A stretch of DNA of 64,000 nt from Candidatus Daviesbacteria bacterium (lineage in GTDB: Bacteria; Patescibacteriota; Microgenomatia; Daviesbacterales; UBA10151), in the NCBI GenBank assembly GCA_016184225.1, contig JACPDA010000004.1:208372-272371 (forward strand). Direction: 5' to 3'. Of this stretch, positions 49,324 to 58,721 are shown in pieces. The translations under genes and the position numbers were made by a program. Below the pieces are notes generated by a model. It was not told the DNA's origin, ran no database searches, and worked only from the letters and a program-made list of their open reading frames with translations. Numbering within the stretch: the stretch's first letter is position 1; the number at the start of each line of letters is the position of its first letter.

Positions 49324-49848
49324 ATGAAAATACTCTTGATTGGGCCGCAAGGATCGGGTAAATCAACGCAAGCTACTCTTTTGGCAGAGCATTTAGGTCT
49401 GCCAAAAATTACGATAGGAGATCTCTTTCGTCAAATAGCAGATTCGGATTCTGAAGAGGGGAAAAGGATCAAACAGATTTTGGACTGCGGTCAATTAGTG
49501 GATGATCAAACTACAGCTGAACTAGTTAAAAAAAGAGTTAGCGAAGAAGATGTTAAGAATGGTTTTATTTTGGATGGTTATCCCAGGACTATAGAACAAG
49601 TAAATATCTTTGAACCGGATTTAGATAAGGTGATTTATCTAAATGTTCCCCGGGAGGAAGTGGTTCAAAGGCTTCTGCAAAGAGGCAGAGCGGATGATAC
49701 TGCTTTACTTATTAATAAACGTCTGGATTTGTATTATCAGCAAACACAGCCTTTACTAGATCATTATAAGCAGCAAGGTACTTTGGTTGAGGTTGATGGG
49801 GTAGGAGATATACAAAGGATTCAGGATGAGATCAGAAAGCAAGTTTAA
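49324..49848 (+). CDS. adk: Adenylate kinase (short LID)
   Basis: GPQGSGKSTQA, GDLFR, GFILDGYPR. Confidence 0.95.
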   Translation: MKILLIGPQGSGKSTQATLLAEHLGLPKITIGDLFRQIADSDSEEGKRIKQILDCGQLVDDQTTAELVKKRVSEEDVKNGFILDGYPRTIEQVNIFEPDLDKVIYLNVPREEVVQRLLQRGRADDTALLINKRLDLYYQQTQPLLDHYKQQGTLVEVDGVGDIQRIQDEIRKQV

Positions 49849-49850
49849 GG

Positions 49851-50612
49851 ATGAAAGTAAGAAACGTTTGCGAGCAAGACTTGATGAGAAAATCAGGTGT
49901 GATTGCTGCGAAAGCTTTAAAGCGGGCGACAGAAGCAATTAAAGTTGGTGTAACAGAGCTTGAGGTTGATAAAATTGTAACGCAGGAGATTTATAAGCAG
50001 GGTGGGGATTTATCTTATAAAAGCGTACCGGGTTATAAATATGCCACTTGCATTACGGTAAATGAGCAGGTGGTACATGGAATACCTACAGATAGAAAAT
50101 TTGAAAGCGGTGATGTAGTAAGTGTGGATCTGGCGGTTGTGTATAAAGGTTGGCATACAGATTGTGCTTGGAGTGTATTAGTAAGTGGACAGGGTACAGG
50201 CGACAGTGGACAGTTGGAAAAGACAAAATTCTTAAAAGCTGGAGAGGAGGCTTTATGGGATGGGGTAGCGCAGGCAATAGACGGGAATAGGGTGGGGGAT
50301 ATTTCATCAGCTATTCAAGAGAGAATTGAGAAAAATGGATATAGTGTGGTAAGAAGTTTAGTTGGACACGGGGTCGGCAGGAGCTTGCATGAGGATCCGG
50401 AAATACCGGGATTTGGAGAAGCAGGAAAGGGGCCAGTATTAAAAAGCGGGATGAGCTTGGCTATTGAAGTGATCTACACATCAGGATTGCCGGATGTGGT
50501 ATTAGAAAAAGATGGGTGGACTTTCTCGTCTGCTGATAAGTCGCTCGGGGGATTATTTGAGATGACAGTAATTGTCGGGAAAAAGGAGCCTAAAGTATTA
50601 ACCCATTGGTAA
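49851..50612 (+). CDS. map: Methionine aminopeptidase type I
   Basis: CITVNEQVVHGIP, GWHTDCA, GHGVG..LHEDP, LAIE. Confidence 0.96.
   Translation: MKVRNVCEQDLMRKSGVIAAKALKRATEAIKVGVTELEVDKIVTQEIYKQGGDLSYKSVPGYKYATCITVNEQVVHGIPTDRKFESGDVVSVDLAVVYKGWHTDCAWSVLVSGQGTGDSGQLEKTKFLKAGEEALWDGVAQAIDGNRVGDISSAIQERIEKNGYSVVRSLVGHGVGRSLHEDPEIPGFGEAGKGPVLKSGMSLAIEVIYTSGLPDVVLEKDGWTFSSADKSLGGLFEMTVIVGKKEPKVLTHW
50183..50214 (+). repeat. Heptad 5' arm in frame in map
   Basis: aagtgga-cagggta-caggcga-cagtgga-cagt (SGQGTGDSGQ). Confidence 0.75.
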
Positions 50613-50666
50613 TTCTATGGGTTGTAATATGAAGCTAATTCTGATAAAATGCTTTAGCTTTAAATT

Positions 50667-50909
50667 ATGATAAAAGATGTTATTGAAGTTGAAGGTAAAG
50701 TTAAAAAAGTTTTACCCAATACGTTATTTAGGGTGGAGATTGATCAAAGCAGCGATGTGCCGGAACTCTTGGGGAGGATCATTTTATGTCATATCTCAGG
50801 TAAAATGAGAATGCACTATATCAGGCTTTTAGAAGGCGATAGGGTGAGGATAGAGATGAGTCCGAGGTATGATTTGGATAAGGGGAGGATTACGTTTAGG
50901 CTCAAATAG
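50667..50909 (+). CDS. infA: Translation initiation factor IF-1
   Basis: [35 protein letters not shown]. Confidence 0.98.
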   Translation: MIKDVIEVEGKVKKVLPNTLFRVEIDQSSDVPELLGRIILCHISGKMRMHYIRLLEGDRVRIEMSPRYDLDKGRITFRLK

Positions 50910-50971
50910 AGTCAAGAGTCTAGTGACTAGAGTCTAGGAAAAAATAACTTGACTCTAGCGACTGGTCACTA
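50907..50971 (+). repeat. Heptad hairpin (TAGAGTC family) before rpmJ
   Basis: tagagtc-aagagtc-tagtgac-tagagtc-tag ... cttgact-ctagcga-ctggtca-cta, 5 nt before the ATG. Confidence 0.88.
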
Positions 50972-50976
50972 ATTAT

Positions 50977-51093
50977 ATGAAAGTAGCAGCTAGTATAAAA
51001 GTACGATGTAAGTTTTGTAAAATAGTCAAACGCGAGGGTATCTTGTATGTCATTTGCCCTCGCGACCCAAGGCATAAGCAGCGTCAGGGATAA
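50977..51093 (+). CDS. rpmJ: 50S ribosomal protein L36 (not in ORF track)
   Basis: Manual translation [38 protein letters not shown]. Confidence 0.97.
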   Translation: MKVAASIKVRCKFCKIVKREGILYVICPRDPRHKQRQG

Positions 51094-51096
51094 ATA

Positions 51097-51130
51097 TGAA
51101 TTTAAAATTTAAAATTAAAAATTTAAAATT
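51097..51130 (+). repeat. AT-only heptad repeat before rpsM
   Basis: tttaaaa-tttaaaa-ttaaaaa-tttaaaa-tt. Confidence 0.6.
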
Positions 51131-51147
51131 GGGGAGGGTTATCTAAT

Positions 51148-51549
51148 ATGGCTCGTATTGCTGGTGTGGATCTCCCAGAGAATAAACGGGTAGATATAGG
51201 ATTAACTTACATTTTCGGTATAGGCAGGTCTAATGTAAGGCAGGTTATTAAAGAAGCAAATGTAGATGGAGCTAAAAGAGTTAAAGATTTGACAGAGGAG
51301 GAGATTAATAAATTACAAAAGAGCATTGAGCAATTTAAGGTTGAAGGAGACCTAAGACAAGAGATTGAACAAAATATTAAAAGACTGGAAGAGATTGGAA
51401 GTTACAGAGGTATAAGACACAGAAAAGGTTTACCGGCCAGGGGGCAGCGGACTAGAAGTAACGCCAGGACCAAACGGGGAAAGAGAAAGACGGTTGGTAC
51501 TGTTAGGAAAGAAATAGTTGCAAAGACAGGAGGAGAAGCTAAAAGCTAA
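51148..51549 (+). CDS. rpsM: 30S ribosomal protein S13
   Basis: [33 protein letters not shown]. Confidence 0.99.
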   Translation: MARIAGVDLPENKRVDIGLTYIFGIGRSNVRQVIKEANVDGAKRVKDLTEEEINKLQKSIEQFKVEGDLRQEIEQNIKRLEEIGSYRGIRHRKGLPARGQRTRSNARTKRGKRKTVGTVRKEIVAKTGGEAKS

Positions 51550-51944
51550 TGGCTAAGAGACAAATCAGGTCTAAAACAATAAAGAAGGCAGAGAGAAAAG
51601 TAACGAGCGGTAGGGTATATGTCACCGCGACTTTTAACAATACTCTCATTACCCTAACAGATACCTCAGGGAATACCTTAGCCTGGGGTACCTCCGGTAC
51701 AGCAGGTTTTAAAGGGGCAAGAAGGGCAACGCCATATGCGGCAATTTCTGCTATGGAGAAGTTGGCTCAAACTGCCAAAGGATTCGGCATGAGTGCAGTT
51801 GAGGTGTATATAAAGGGTCCCGGGTCAGGCAGGGATGCTACCATTAAAGCCTTGAGAGGAGCAGGAATTAATATTACTATGATTGCAGATATTACTCCAA
51901 TTCCACATAATGGTCCCCGACCTAAGAAAAGGAGACGAGTTTAA
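51549..51944 (+). CDS. rpsK: 30S ribosomal protein S11
   Basis: TFNNT, GFKGARRATPYAA, DITPIPHNG. Confidence 0.99.
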   Translation: MAKRQIRSKTIKKAERKVTSGRVYVTATFNNTLITLTDTSGNTLAWGTSGTAGFKGARRATPYAAISAMEKLAQTAKGFGMSAVEVYIKGPGSGRDATIKALRGAGINITMIADITPIPHNGPRPKKRRRV

Positions 51945-52546
51945 TGGCGCGCTATACTGGTCCAAAAAGAAGATTATCCAGAAGAGAAGGCTTGGCTTTA
52001 TTTGCTAAAGATGCTAAATCCTTAGAGAAAAAAGGTGCAGTACCTCCGGGCCAACATGGGTTAGGTAGAAGAAGGCGAATATCGGAATATGGCATTCAGC
52101 TTAGAGAGAAACAGAAGGCAAAAAGAATTTTTGGATTATTGGAAAAGCAATTCAAACGATATTTTGAGAAGGCTAGTAAGGTAAGGGGTGTGACAGGTTT
52201 GGCCCTTCTTCAGGCTTTAGAAACCAGGTTGGACAATGTTGTATACAGATTAAACTTCGCGAAGAGCAGAGCTGGAGCAAGGCAATTGGTAAGTCATGGT
52301 CATATTAAGATAGATGGGAAAAAAGTTAACATTCCATCTTTTCAGGTTAAGGTTAATCAGACTATTGAAATAGCGCCGCAAATGAGAGATAATACACACG
52401 TTAAAAAGAGTTTAGAGGAAACTTCAACCTTGCCAGAGTGGCTTGATAAAAAAGCCACAGTGGGCAAGGTTTTAAGAATCCCAAAACGAGAAGAAATGGA
52501 ACAATCAGTTAACGAACAATTAATTGTTGAACATTATTCTCGCTAA
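51944..52546 (+). CDS. rpsD: 30S ribosomal protein S4
   Basis: MARYTGP, PPGQHG, LETRLDNVVYR, ARQLVSHGH. Confidence 0.99.
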   Translation: MARYTGPKRRLSRREGLALFAKDAKSLEKKGAVPPGQHGLGRRRRISEYGIQLREKQKAKRIFGLLEKQFKRYFEKASKVRGVTGLALLQALETRLDNVVYRLNFAKSRAGARQLVSHGHIKIDGKKVNIPSFQVKVNQTIEIAPQMRDNTHVKKSLEETSTLPEWLDKKATVGKVLRIPKREEMEQSVNEQLIVEHYSR

Positions 52547-52550
52547 TATT

Positions 52551-53456
52551 ATGTTTAAGATTAAAACAGAGGATGAATCAGAATATTTTGCAAAAGTAAT
52601 CATTGAGCCACTTGAGGCGGGCTTCGGTCATACGTTAGGGAATAGCCTAAGAAGAGTGTTATTAACATCTTTGCCCGGAGCCGCGGTGACCTCTATCAGG
52701 ATTGATGGGGTTGCACATAGATTCTCGGTAATTGATGGTGTTTTGGAAGATGTTATTGAGATGATCCTAAACATTAAAAAGATTCGCTTGAGTGTCCATT
52801 CTGAAAAGCCAATAAAATTGATTCTTAAAGCATCGGGTAAAGGTACTGTTAAGGCTTCAGATCTGGTAATCGAAGGAGACGGAGAAATCGTAAGTCTTGA
52901 TCAGCATATTGCAACTTTAACAGATGCGAAATCCAAACTTAATATAGAATTGATTGCGGAGCAGGGTAAAGGTTATTCAATTTCGGACGATAGGAAAACA
53001 GATGAGATTGGTCTAATCTCAATAGACGCTCTTTTTAGTCCGGTGTCTTCAGTCAATTATAGTGTTGAACCGACTAGGGTAGGACGAAGGACAGACTTTG
53101 ATAAATTAATATTAGAGGTGACAACAGACGGGACTGTTTCTCCTGTGGAAGCTGTGAATGTGGCTGCGAGACTCTTGTCAGATACTTTCCATGCCATATA
53201 CGAACCCACAGTTGAAGAAGAGGTAGAAGATTCGAGTTCCAGAATCTCTGAAGAGACATTGAAATTAACCATAGAAGAGTTAGATTTGCCCGTAAGGATT
53301 ACAAATGCCCTAAAGGTCATAGAAATTAATGTCATTGAGGATTTAATTAATACTTCCAGACAACAACTTTTAAAAGCCAAGAATTTAGGAGCTAAATCCA
53401 TACATCTAATATCTGAGAAGTTAGCTGAGAGGGGGTTGACTCTTCGTGAGGCATAG
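52551..53456 (+). CDS. rpoA: RNA polymerase alpha subunit
   Basis: EPLEAGFGHTLGNSLRRVLL, IDALFSPV, DFDKL, NLGAKS. Confidence 0.98.
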   Translation: MFKIKTEDESEYFAKVIIEPLEAGFGHTLGNSLRRVLLTSLPGAAVTSIRIDGVAHRFSVIDGVLEDVIEMILNIKKIRLSVHSEKPIKLILKASGKGTVKASDLVIEGDGEIVSLDQHIATLTDAKSKLNIELIAEQGKGYSISDDRKTDEIGLISIDALFSPVSSVNYSVEPTRVGRRTDFDKLILEVTTDGTVSPVEAVNVAARLLSDTFHAIYEPTVEEEVEDSSSRISEETLKLTIEELDLPVRITNALKVIEINVIEDLINTSRQQLLKAKNLGAKSIHLISEKLAERGLTLREA

Positions 53457-53946
53457 AGTTTATGGTAAACACCTTGGAAGGAATAAGGACCAGCGTAAAT
53501 TACTCTTCAAGGGGTTAATGTATTCCCTTTTCTCTTATGGGACGATACAAACTTCTGAGGCTAAAGCTAAGGCAATTAAGGGTTTAGTTGATAAGGTAAT
53601 AAATCTGGCAAAAGCTAAAAATACAGCGGAGCTTAATTCTTTTATTTTCGATGAGAATTTACAAAAGAGGGTAAATGATGAAATTGTTCCGAAATTAGGA
53701 ACCAGGGTATCTGGTTATACTAGATTGGTAAAAACTGGAACAAGATCGGGCGATCAAACTGCAATGGTCAGGATGAGCTTGATAGGTAGCGAGGAGCTGA
53801 AGCCGCTAGAAAAAGGGTCTAGGGTACAGGGTTTAGGGGTTAGCAAAAAAACAGTAGCAAGTGAAGCGGATAAAAAAGAGAAAAAGACGATTAAAGCTGT
53901 CAAAAAGACTGTTCGTGTAAAGTCAAAATCATCCAAAACAAAATGA
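53446..53946 (+). CDS. rplQ: 50S ribosomal protein L17 with tail
   Basis: MRHR..LGR, I.T.EAKAK, GYTRL, R.GD. Confidence 0.96.
   Translation: MRHRVYGKHLGRNKDQRKLLFKGLMYSLFSYGTIQTSEAKAKAIKGLVDKVINLAKAKNTAELNSFIFDENLQKRVNDEIVPKLGTRVSGYTRLVKTGTRSGDQTAMVRMSLIGSEELKPLEKGSRVQGLGVSKKTVASEADKKEKKTIKAVKKTVRVKSKSSKTK
53813..53843 (+). repeat. Heptad 5' arm in frame in the rplQ tail
   Basis: aagggtc-tagggta-cagggtt-taggggt-tag (KGSRVQGLGVS). Confidence 0.8.
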
Positions 53947-54335
53947 GCACTAATAAGTTATCGGCAAAAAATATCAAAAGAGAAACGCATGTCATTGATG
54001 CCAGTGGGAAAATTCTGGGAAGACTGGCCACTGAAGCGGCTACGATTCTGATGGGTAAGAAAAAACCGGAATTTGTGCCATACTTGGACACTGGAGATTT
54101 TGTAGTGGTAACTAATGCCAGTAAGATAAAAGTAACCGGTAAAAAAGCCAAAGATAAAGTTTATACCAGCCATTCAGGTTATCCTGGAGGATTACGACAG
54201 GAGACCTTTGATAAAATAATAAGCCGGAAGCCGGAATATGTTATTGAACACGCAATCAAAGGTATGCTTCCTCATAACAGATTAGGTAGCAAAATGGTAA
54301 AGAAGTTAAAGGTGTTTGCGGGAGAAGCTAAATGA
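53943..54335 (+). CDS. rplM: 50S ribosomal protein L13
   Basis: LGRLAT, DTGDFVVV, HSGYPGGL, GMLPHNRLG. Confidence 0.98.
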   Translation: MSTNKLSAKNIKRETHVIDASGKILGRLATEAATILMGKKKPEFVPYLDTGDFVVVTNASKIKVTGKKAKDKVYTSHSGYPGGLRQETFDKIISRKPEYVIEHAIKGMLPHNRLGSKMVKKLKVFAGEAK

Positions 54336-54724
54336 TGGAAAATATAACTACTGTTGGTAGAAGGAAGGAAGCAATAGCGCGGGTATATTTGAGTTCAGGC
54401 AAGGGTCAGGTTTTAATTAATGGGAAACCTATTACAGAATATTTCCCGGGTCTGGTGTTACAGAAACAGTATAGTCGTCCTTTAGAAATTACAGATACTG
54501 TTGGTAAATATACGATTTCAGTGAAAGTTGGGGGCGGAGGACAAGCTTCGCAACTTGATGCAGTTATTCATGGGATCGCCAGGGCTATTGCTAGAATAGA
54601 TGCTGCTTCGCGGACTGCTCTAAAAAGGGAAGGTTTTTTAACCCGTGACCCACGGGTTAAAGAGCGAAGAAAATATGGTTTAGCCCAAAAAGCAAGGGCC
54701 AAAAAACAATCTCCAAAGAGGTAA
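54332..54724 (+). CDS. rpsI: 30S ribosomal protein S9
   Basis: GRRKEAIARV, LTRDPRVKERRKYG. Confidence 0.98.
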   Translation: MMENITTVGRRKEAIARVYLSSGKGQVLINGKPITEYFPGLVLQKQYSRPLEITDTVGKYTISVKVGGGGQASQLDAVIHGIARAIARIDAASRTALKREGFLTRDPRVKERRKYGLAQKARAKKQSPKR

Positions 54725-54727
54725 GCT

Positions 54728-55033
54728 TTAAAGAAATATCCAGTAAAATAACCAGACGACAATAAAAAGTATCGCTATAGCGATTGTCAGGAAACCGGCA
54801 AATCCAAATCTCCTTTTTTTAAAACAGTATAACGCGAGTAAAATTTCTGAAGTCCCAATCAGGTAGGTATTGAATACTTGCCAATACCAGGAAGGTGTTT
54901 TCGATAAATCTTGTTTTACCAGCGTATTGGAAAGAATGTTGTGTATTCGCAAATCCTGCATCAGGTCCCGTACTAGATGGATAGAGAAGAAAGTCACGGC
55001 TGCATATAACCAATATCTTTGCCAAGTCTTCAT
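54728..55033 (-). CDS. Small membrane protein
   Basis: Three hydrophobic segments; TGnTATACT 8 nt upstream of the ATG. Confidence 0.7.
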   Translation of the reverse strand: MKTWQRYWLYAAVTFFSIHLVRDLMQDLRIHNILSNTLVKQDLSKTPSWYWQVFNTYLIGTSEILLALYCFKKRRFGFAGFLTIAIAILFIVVWLFYWIFL

Positions 55034-55097
55034 ATTTATTTAGTATAGCAGCTTGATGTAATTAAATTCAGGATTTGATAAAATAATAAGGGTTAAA

Positions 55098-56501
55098 ATG
55101 GACAAGACCACCCCCCCGGAAAATATTTTCAAAAGTTATGATATTAGAGGCATCTACCCTTTTGAGATTAACGAACAATTTGCTGTTTCTATTACCCGAG
55201 CTATTTACAAATTAATTTCCAATCAACTTTCTGCCACTGCGCCCTTAACTATTGCTGTTGGTAGGGATATGAGGCTTTCCTCCCCGGCTATATATGAGGC
55301 AGTCAGTAAAACTTTGGTGGAACTGGGGGCAAAAGTAATTGACTTAGGGATTGTTTCCACCCCGACTTTTTATTTTGCTGTCTTTAAATACGGCTATGAC
55401 GGAGGTTTGCAGATTACGGCTTCCCATAATCCTAAGGAATATAACGGCATAAAAATTGTCCGGAAATCCCCTACTGGTTTGGTAAAAATTGGCAAAAGTA
55501 CGGGTATGGAAGATATCAAAAGAATGGTAACTCAGAAGGTGGACTTACCTGAGGTTCCCGGTGGAGTTATTACCAAAAAAGAAGGAATAGTTCACGAAGA
55601 GATTGAAAATGCTTTGAGAATTGCCGGGCAGCCAAAACTGAACCCCTTTAAGGTAGTAGCTGATGCGGCCAATGCTTTAGGGGCTTTATACATTGAGGAA
55701 CTTTTTAAATCTATCCCCGGAAAGTTGATAAAAATGAACTTTAATTTAGATGGGACTTTTCCGGTACATCAAGCCGATCCACTGCAGAAAGAGACTTTGG
55801 TTGATCTACAAAGAAAAGTGGTGGAGGAGAAAGCGGATTTAGGGTTGGCCCCTGACGGTGACGGGGATAGGCTATTTTTTATTGATGAAAAAGGCGAAAT
55901 TGTGCCACCTTCAATTATCACCGCAATTGTGGCCAGGGAACTTTTGAAAAAACACAAAGGAGCAACTGTTTTGGCAGATATCAGATATATAATGACTCCT
56001 AAAAAGGTGGTGGAGGAGCTAGGGGGGACTTTGGTCATCACTAAAGTAGGGCATGCATTTATTACTGAGAAACTTCACGAGACCGGTGGGATCTTTGCCG
56101 GTGAATCATCCGCCCATTATTTTTTTAAAGAAACCGGCAATGCCGAGTCGCAACTACCGATGATTTTAACTGTTTTGAAAGTAATGACAGAGGAGCATAG
56201 AAGGTTGTCAGAGGTGGTGGAATCTTTGCGAAGAAGCCATGAGTCGGGTGAATTTAATTTTCGGGTTAAGAATGCCCGGCAAATTATGGAAGCGATCAAG
56301 AAAGAATTTCCGGAAGGGGAGATCTCGGAGTTAGATGGTGTATCTATCTCTTTTGCCGACTGGAGATTGTCTCTTCGGAGTTCTAATACGGAACCGCTTC
56401 TTCGACTCAACATTGAAGTTGATATAAATGGGAATGTAGAGGAGAAAAAAGAGAAAGTAATGGATCTAATTAAAAAACACGCAGTTTTTGACCAAGTCTG
56501 A
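55098..56501 (+). CDS. Phosphomannomutase/phosphoglucomutase
   Basis: FKSYDIRG, ITASHNP, DGDGDR, GESSAH, RSSNTEP. Confidence 0.95.
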   Translation: MDKTTPPENIFKSYDIRGIYPFEINEQFAVSITRAIYKLISNQLSATAPLTIAVGRDMRLSSPAIYEAVSKTLVELGAKVIDLGIVSTPTFYFAVFKYGYDGGLQITASHNPKEYNGIKIVRKSPTGLVKIGKSTGMEDIKRMVTQKVDLPEVPGGVITKKEGIVHEEIENALRIAGQPKLNPFKVVADAANALGALYIEELFKSIPGKLIKMNFNLDGTFPVHQADPLQKETLVDLQRKVVEEKADLGLAPDGDGDRLFFIDEKGEIVPPSIITAIVARELLKKHKGATVLADIRYIMTPKKVVEELGGTLVITKVGHAFITEKLHETGGIFAGESSAHYFFKETGNAESQLPMILTVLKVMTEEHRRLSEVVESLRRSHESGEFNFRVKNARQIMEAIKKEFPEGEISELDGVSISFADWRLSLRSSNTEPLLRLNIEVDINGNVEEKKEKVMDLIKKHAVFDQV

Positions 56502-56552
56502 CTTGGTTTTTGAGGACTTGCCAAAATAAGGTGTTTGTGGTTTACTAATACA

Positions 56553-56712
56553 TACATCAAGAGTGTCCGACATTTTGTCGGACCGGCAACCGTCAATCCC
56601 GATTCAATCGGGATAAAGTCACGGTGCCAACCCCGATATTAAATCGGGGGATGTGGTCCAGGTCTTGGACAAACTTATGTTCAGGACCTCTCGAGAATCG
56701 GGAGGTTTTTTA
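56553..56712 (+). promoter_or_regulatory. SAM-I-clan riboswitch (SAM-I/IV-like) with terminator
   Basis: CATC-AAGAG, simple P2 (GTCCGACA/TGTCGGAC), GGCAACCG...CGGTGCC, P4, closing GATG; terminator ACCTCTCGA-GAA-TCGGGAGGT-TTTTT; upstream of metK. Confidence 0.85.
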
Positions 56713-56718
56713 AAATAT

Positions 56719-57837
56719 ATGAGTCATCTTAATGGTGTCTTGACAACTTTTACTTCTGAATCAGTTTGTGCCGGCCACCCCGATAAAATTTGCGACCAAA
56801 TCTCAGATGCTATTTTGGATGCAGTATTGGCCCAAGACCCGAAAGGTCGGACTGCTGTTGAATGCTTGGCGGGCAATAACAGGTTAGTTATTGCCGGAGA
56901 AATAGGAGCCAAAGCCAAAGTGGATTTTAAAAAAATTGCCCGGGATCAAATAAAGAGATTAGGTTATACAGATCCTAAATTTAATTTTTCAGATAAATCC
57001 CCGATTGAGGTATTTGTTCACGAACAATCACCGGAAATTGCAATTGGTGTAAAACGAAAGGGTGCAGGAGACCAAGGCATGATGTTTGGTTTTGCTTGTA
57101 GGGAAACCGAGAGTCTGATGCCTCTTCCAATCTCTATGGCACATGCGCTGGTTAAGAGAATGGATCAGGTTCGGGAGGAGAATATAGTCAAATACCTTCG
57201 TCCTGATGGCAAATCTCAGGTCACCATAGAATATAGACAAGGTAAACCATACAAGGTTAATCAAGTTGTTATAGCGGTGCCTCACAAAGAATCCATAAAC
57301 TTAGATGAGGTAAAAGATGATATTTATAATATTGTCATCATACCGGTGCTGGATGTTTTTGGTTTCACAATTGATAAAAAAGATATTATTGTTAACGGCA
57401 CCGGTATTTGGCATCACGGTGGTCCGGCCTCTGATTGTGGAGTAACAGGTAGAAAAATCGTGGTGGATACTTATGGTGGGTATGCCAGAGTGGGTGGAGG
57501 AGCTTTTTCCGGCAAAGAGCCGTCAAAAGTAGATCGGGGAGGAGCTTATGCAGCCAGGTTTTTGGCTAAAAACATTGTGGCCAGTGGACTGGCAGACAGA
57601 GCAGAGGTAAGGTTAGCCTATTTTATAGGGGCCAAGAAACCTACTATGCAGGATGTGGAAACTTTTGGCACTGCTAAAAAATCTCACCAAGTAATTCTTT
57701 CTTTTATGGAGAAAATTTTAGATACTTCGGTGGAAGGAATTATAGAAGGCCTTGATTTACAAAGGCCTATTTATTTACCAACAGCCGCTTATGGCCACTT
57801 CGGCCGCGAGCAGTTCCCCTGGGAAAAAGTGGTTTAA
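56719..57837 (+). CDS. metK: S-adenosylmethionine synthetase
   Basis: FTSESV..GHPDKICDQISD, GAGDQG, GGGAFSGK.P.KVDR; start placed after the terminator. Confidence 0.97.
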   Translation: MSHLNGVLTTFTSESVCAGHPDKICDQISDAILDAVLAQDPKGRTAVECLAGNNRLVIAGEIGAKAKVDFKKIARDQIKRLGYTDPKFNFSDKSPIEVFVHEQSPEIAIGVKRKGAGDQGMMFGFACRETESLMPLPISMAHALVKRMDQVREENIVKYLRPDGKSQVTIEYRQGKPYKVNQVVIAVPHKESINLDEVKDDIYNIVIIPVLDVFGFTIDKKDIIVNGTGIWHHGGPASDCGVTGRKIVVDTYGGYARVGGGAFSGKEPSKVDRGGAYAARFLAKNIVASGLADRAEVRLAYFIGAKKPTMQDVETFGTAKKSHQVILSFMEKILDTSVEGIIEGLDLQRPIYLPTAAYGHFGREQFPWEKVV

Positions 57838-57878
57838 CTTACCATGAGTTTCAGTAGAAAATCTGCTACCATGTAATT

Positions 57879-58682
57879 ATGGATGATGCTGCTGAAAAAC
57901 CACAACCGCCGCAGGAGTTTAAACAGTCCAAAAATCTGGAGCCTATTGGCGCAAGAATCCTTGGAGATGTTGATCCGACATTGTTAACGCAAGAGCAGTT
58001 TGATACAAATCCTAATTTGTTATACCACGGTGCCGCAGGTCGTTTTGATTTTCAACCCGCTTTTGATTATAGATCTGCAGACTATTGTACTGATACCGAT
58101 GGTAGTGAGACCCTGGGAGAAGGATTCTATACTACAGATTCGGTTAGCGCAGCAGAAAATTATTCCCTAGTCAGACAACATATCGGCAAGCCCCAACCTA
58201 TTGTAATGAAGGTTCTTCCTTATCAAGCAAAAGTACTAGATTTACGGGCAACGACAGATTCTAGCGTTAATGTCCCTGTGTCAACAGATTTTTTTAATAG
58301 TTGGTATGAACATTATAAAAAATATTTCGAAGATCAAACTATCATCGAAAACCAACCATGGAATATCAGGGCTATGGAAACGGAATATTGGAATTTTCTT
58401 AATAGAGCGAAAAGAAGAGTTGATACAGGAGAACCTATTGATCTTAGGGTGATGCTCGGTACTGCTCCTTTTGCGAAGTTGCGATCCCCTAATTGGCCGT
58501 CGCCTTGTTATATGAAGTTATTTTCAAACTTTATGGTTGATCAAGGATATGATGGATTGATTTATATTGAAGGTGGAGAAGGTGGCAAAAAGCAAAGTAG
58601 TCCATCATATGTATTCTATAATTTAGAAAAAGTGGGAACTTATGACAGTTGGAAATCCCGTAAAACACAGACTTCAGATTAG
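57879..58682 (+). CDS. Putative ADP-ribosyltransferase-fold protein
   Basis: LYHG, G.GFYTT...AENY, GYDGLIY, YVFYN pattern typical of H-Y-x ART domains. Confidence 0.6.
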   Translation: MDDAAEKPQPPQEFKQSKNLEPIGARILGDVDPTLLTQEQFDTNPNLLYHGAAGRFDFQPAFDYRSADYCTDTDGSETLGEGFYTTDSVSAAENYSLVRQHIGKPQPIVMKVLPYQAKVLDLRATTDSSVNVPVSTDFFNSWYEHYKKYFEDQTIIENQPWNIRAMETEYWNFLNRAKRRVDTGEPIDLRVMLGTAPFAKLRSPNWPSPCYMKLFSNFMVDQGYDGLIYIEGGEGGKKQSSPSYVFYNLEKVGTYDSWKSRKTQTSD

Positions 58683-58721
58683 CTTTAGTCATTTGGGCCG
58701 ATCGGTCAATTTAACTAAAGT

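Noticed and set aside
56653-56718. Extended metK N-terminus from the ORF track
   Set aside because: It overlaps the riboswitch terminator; ATG 56719 fits MetK better. Extended starts for alaS, rplV, rpmC, rpsH and rpoA were trimmed for similar reasons.
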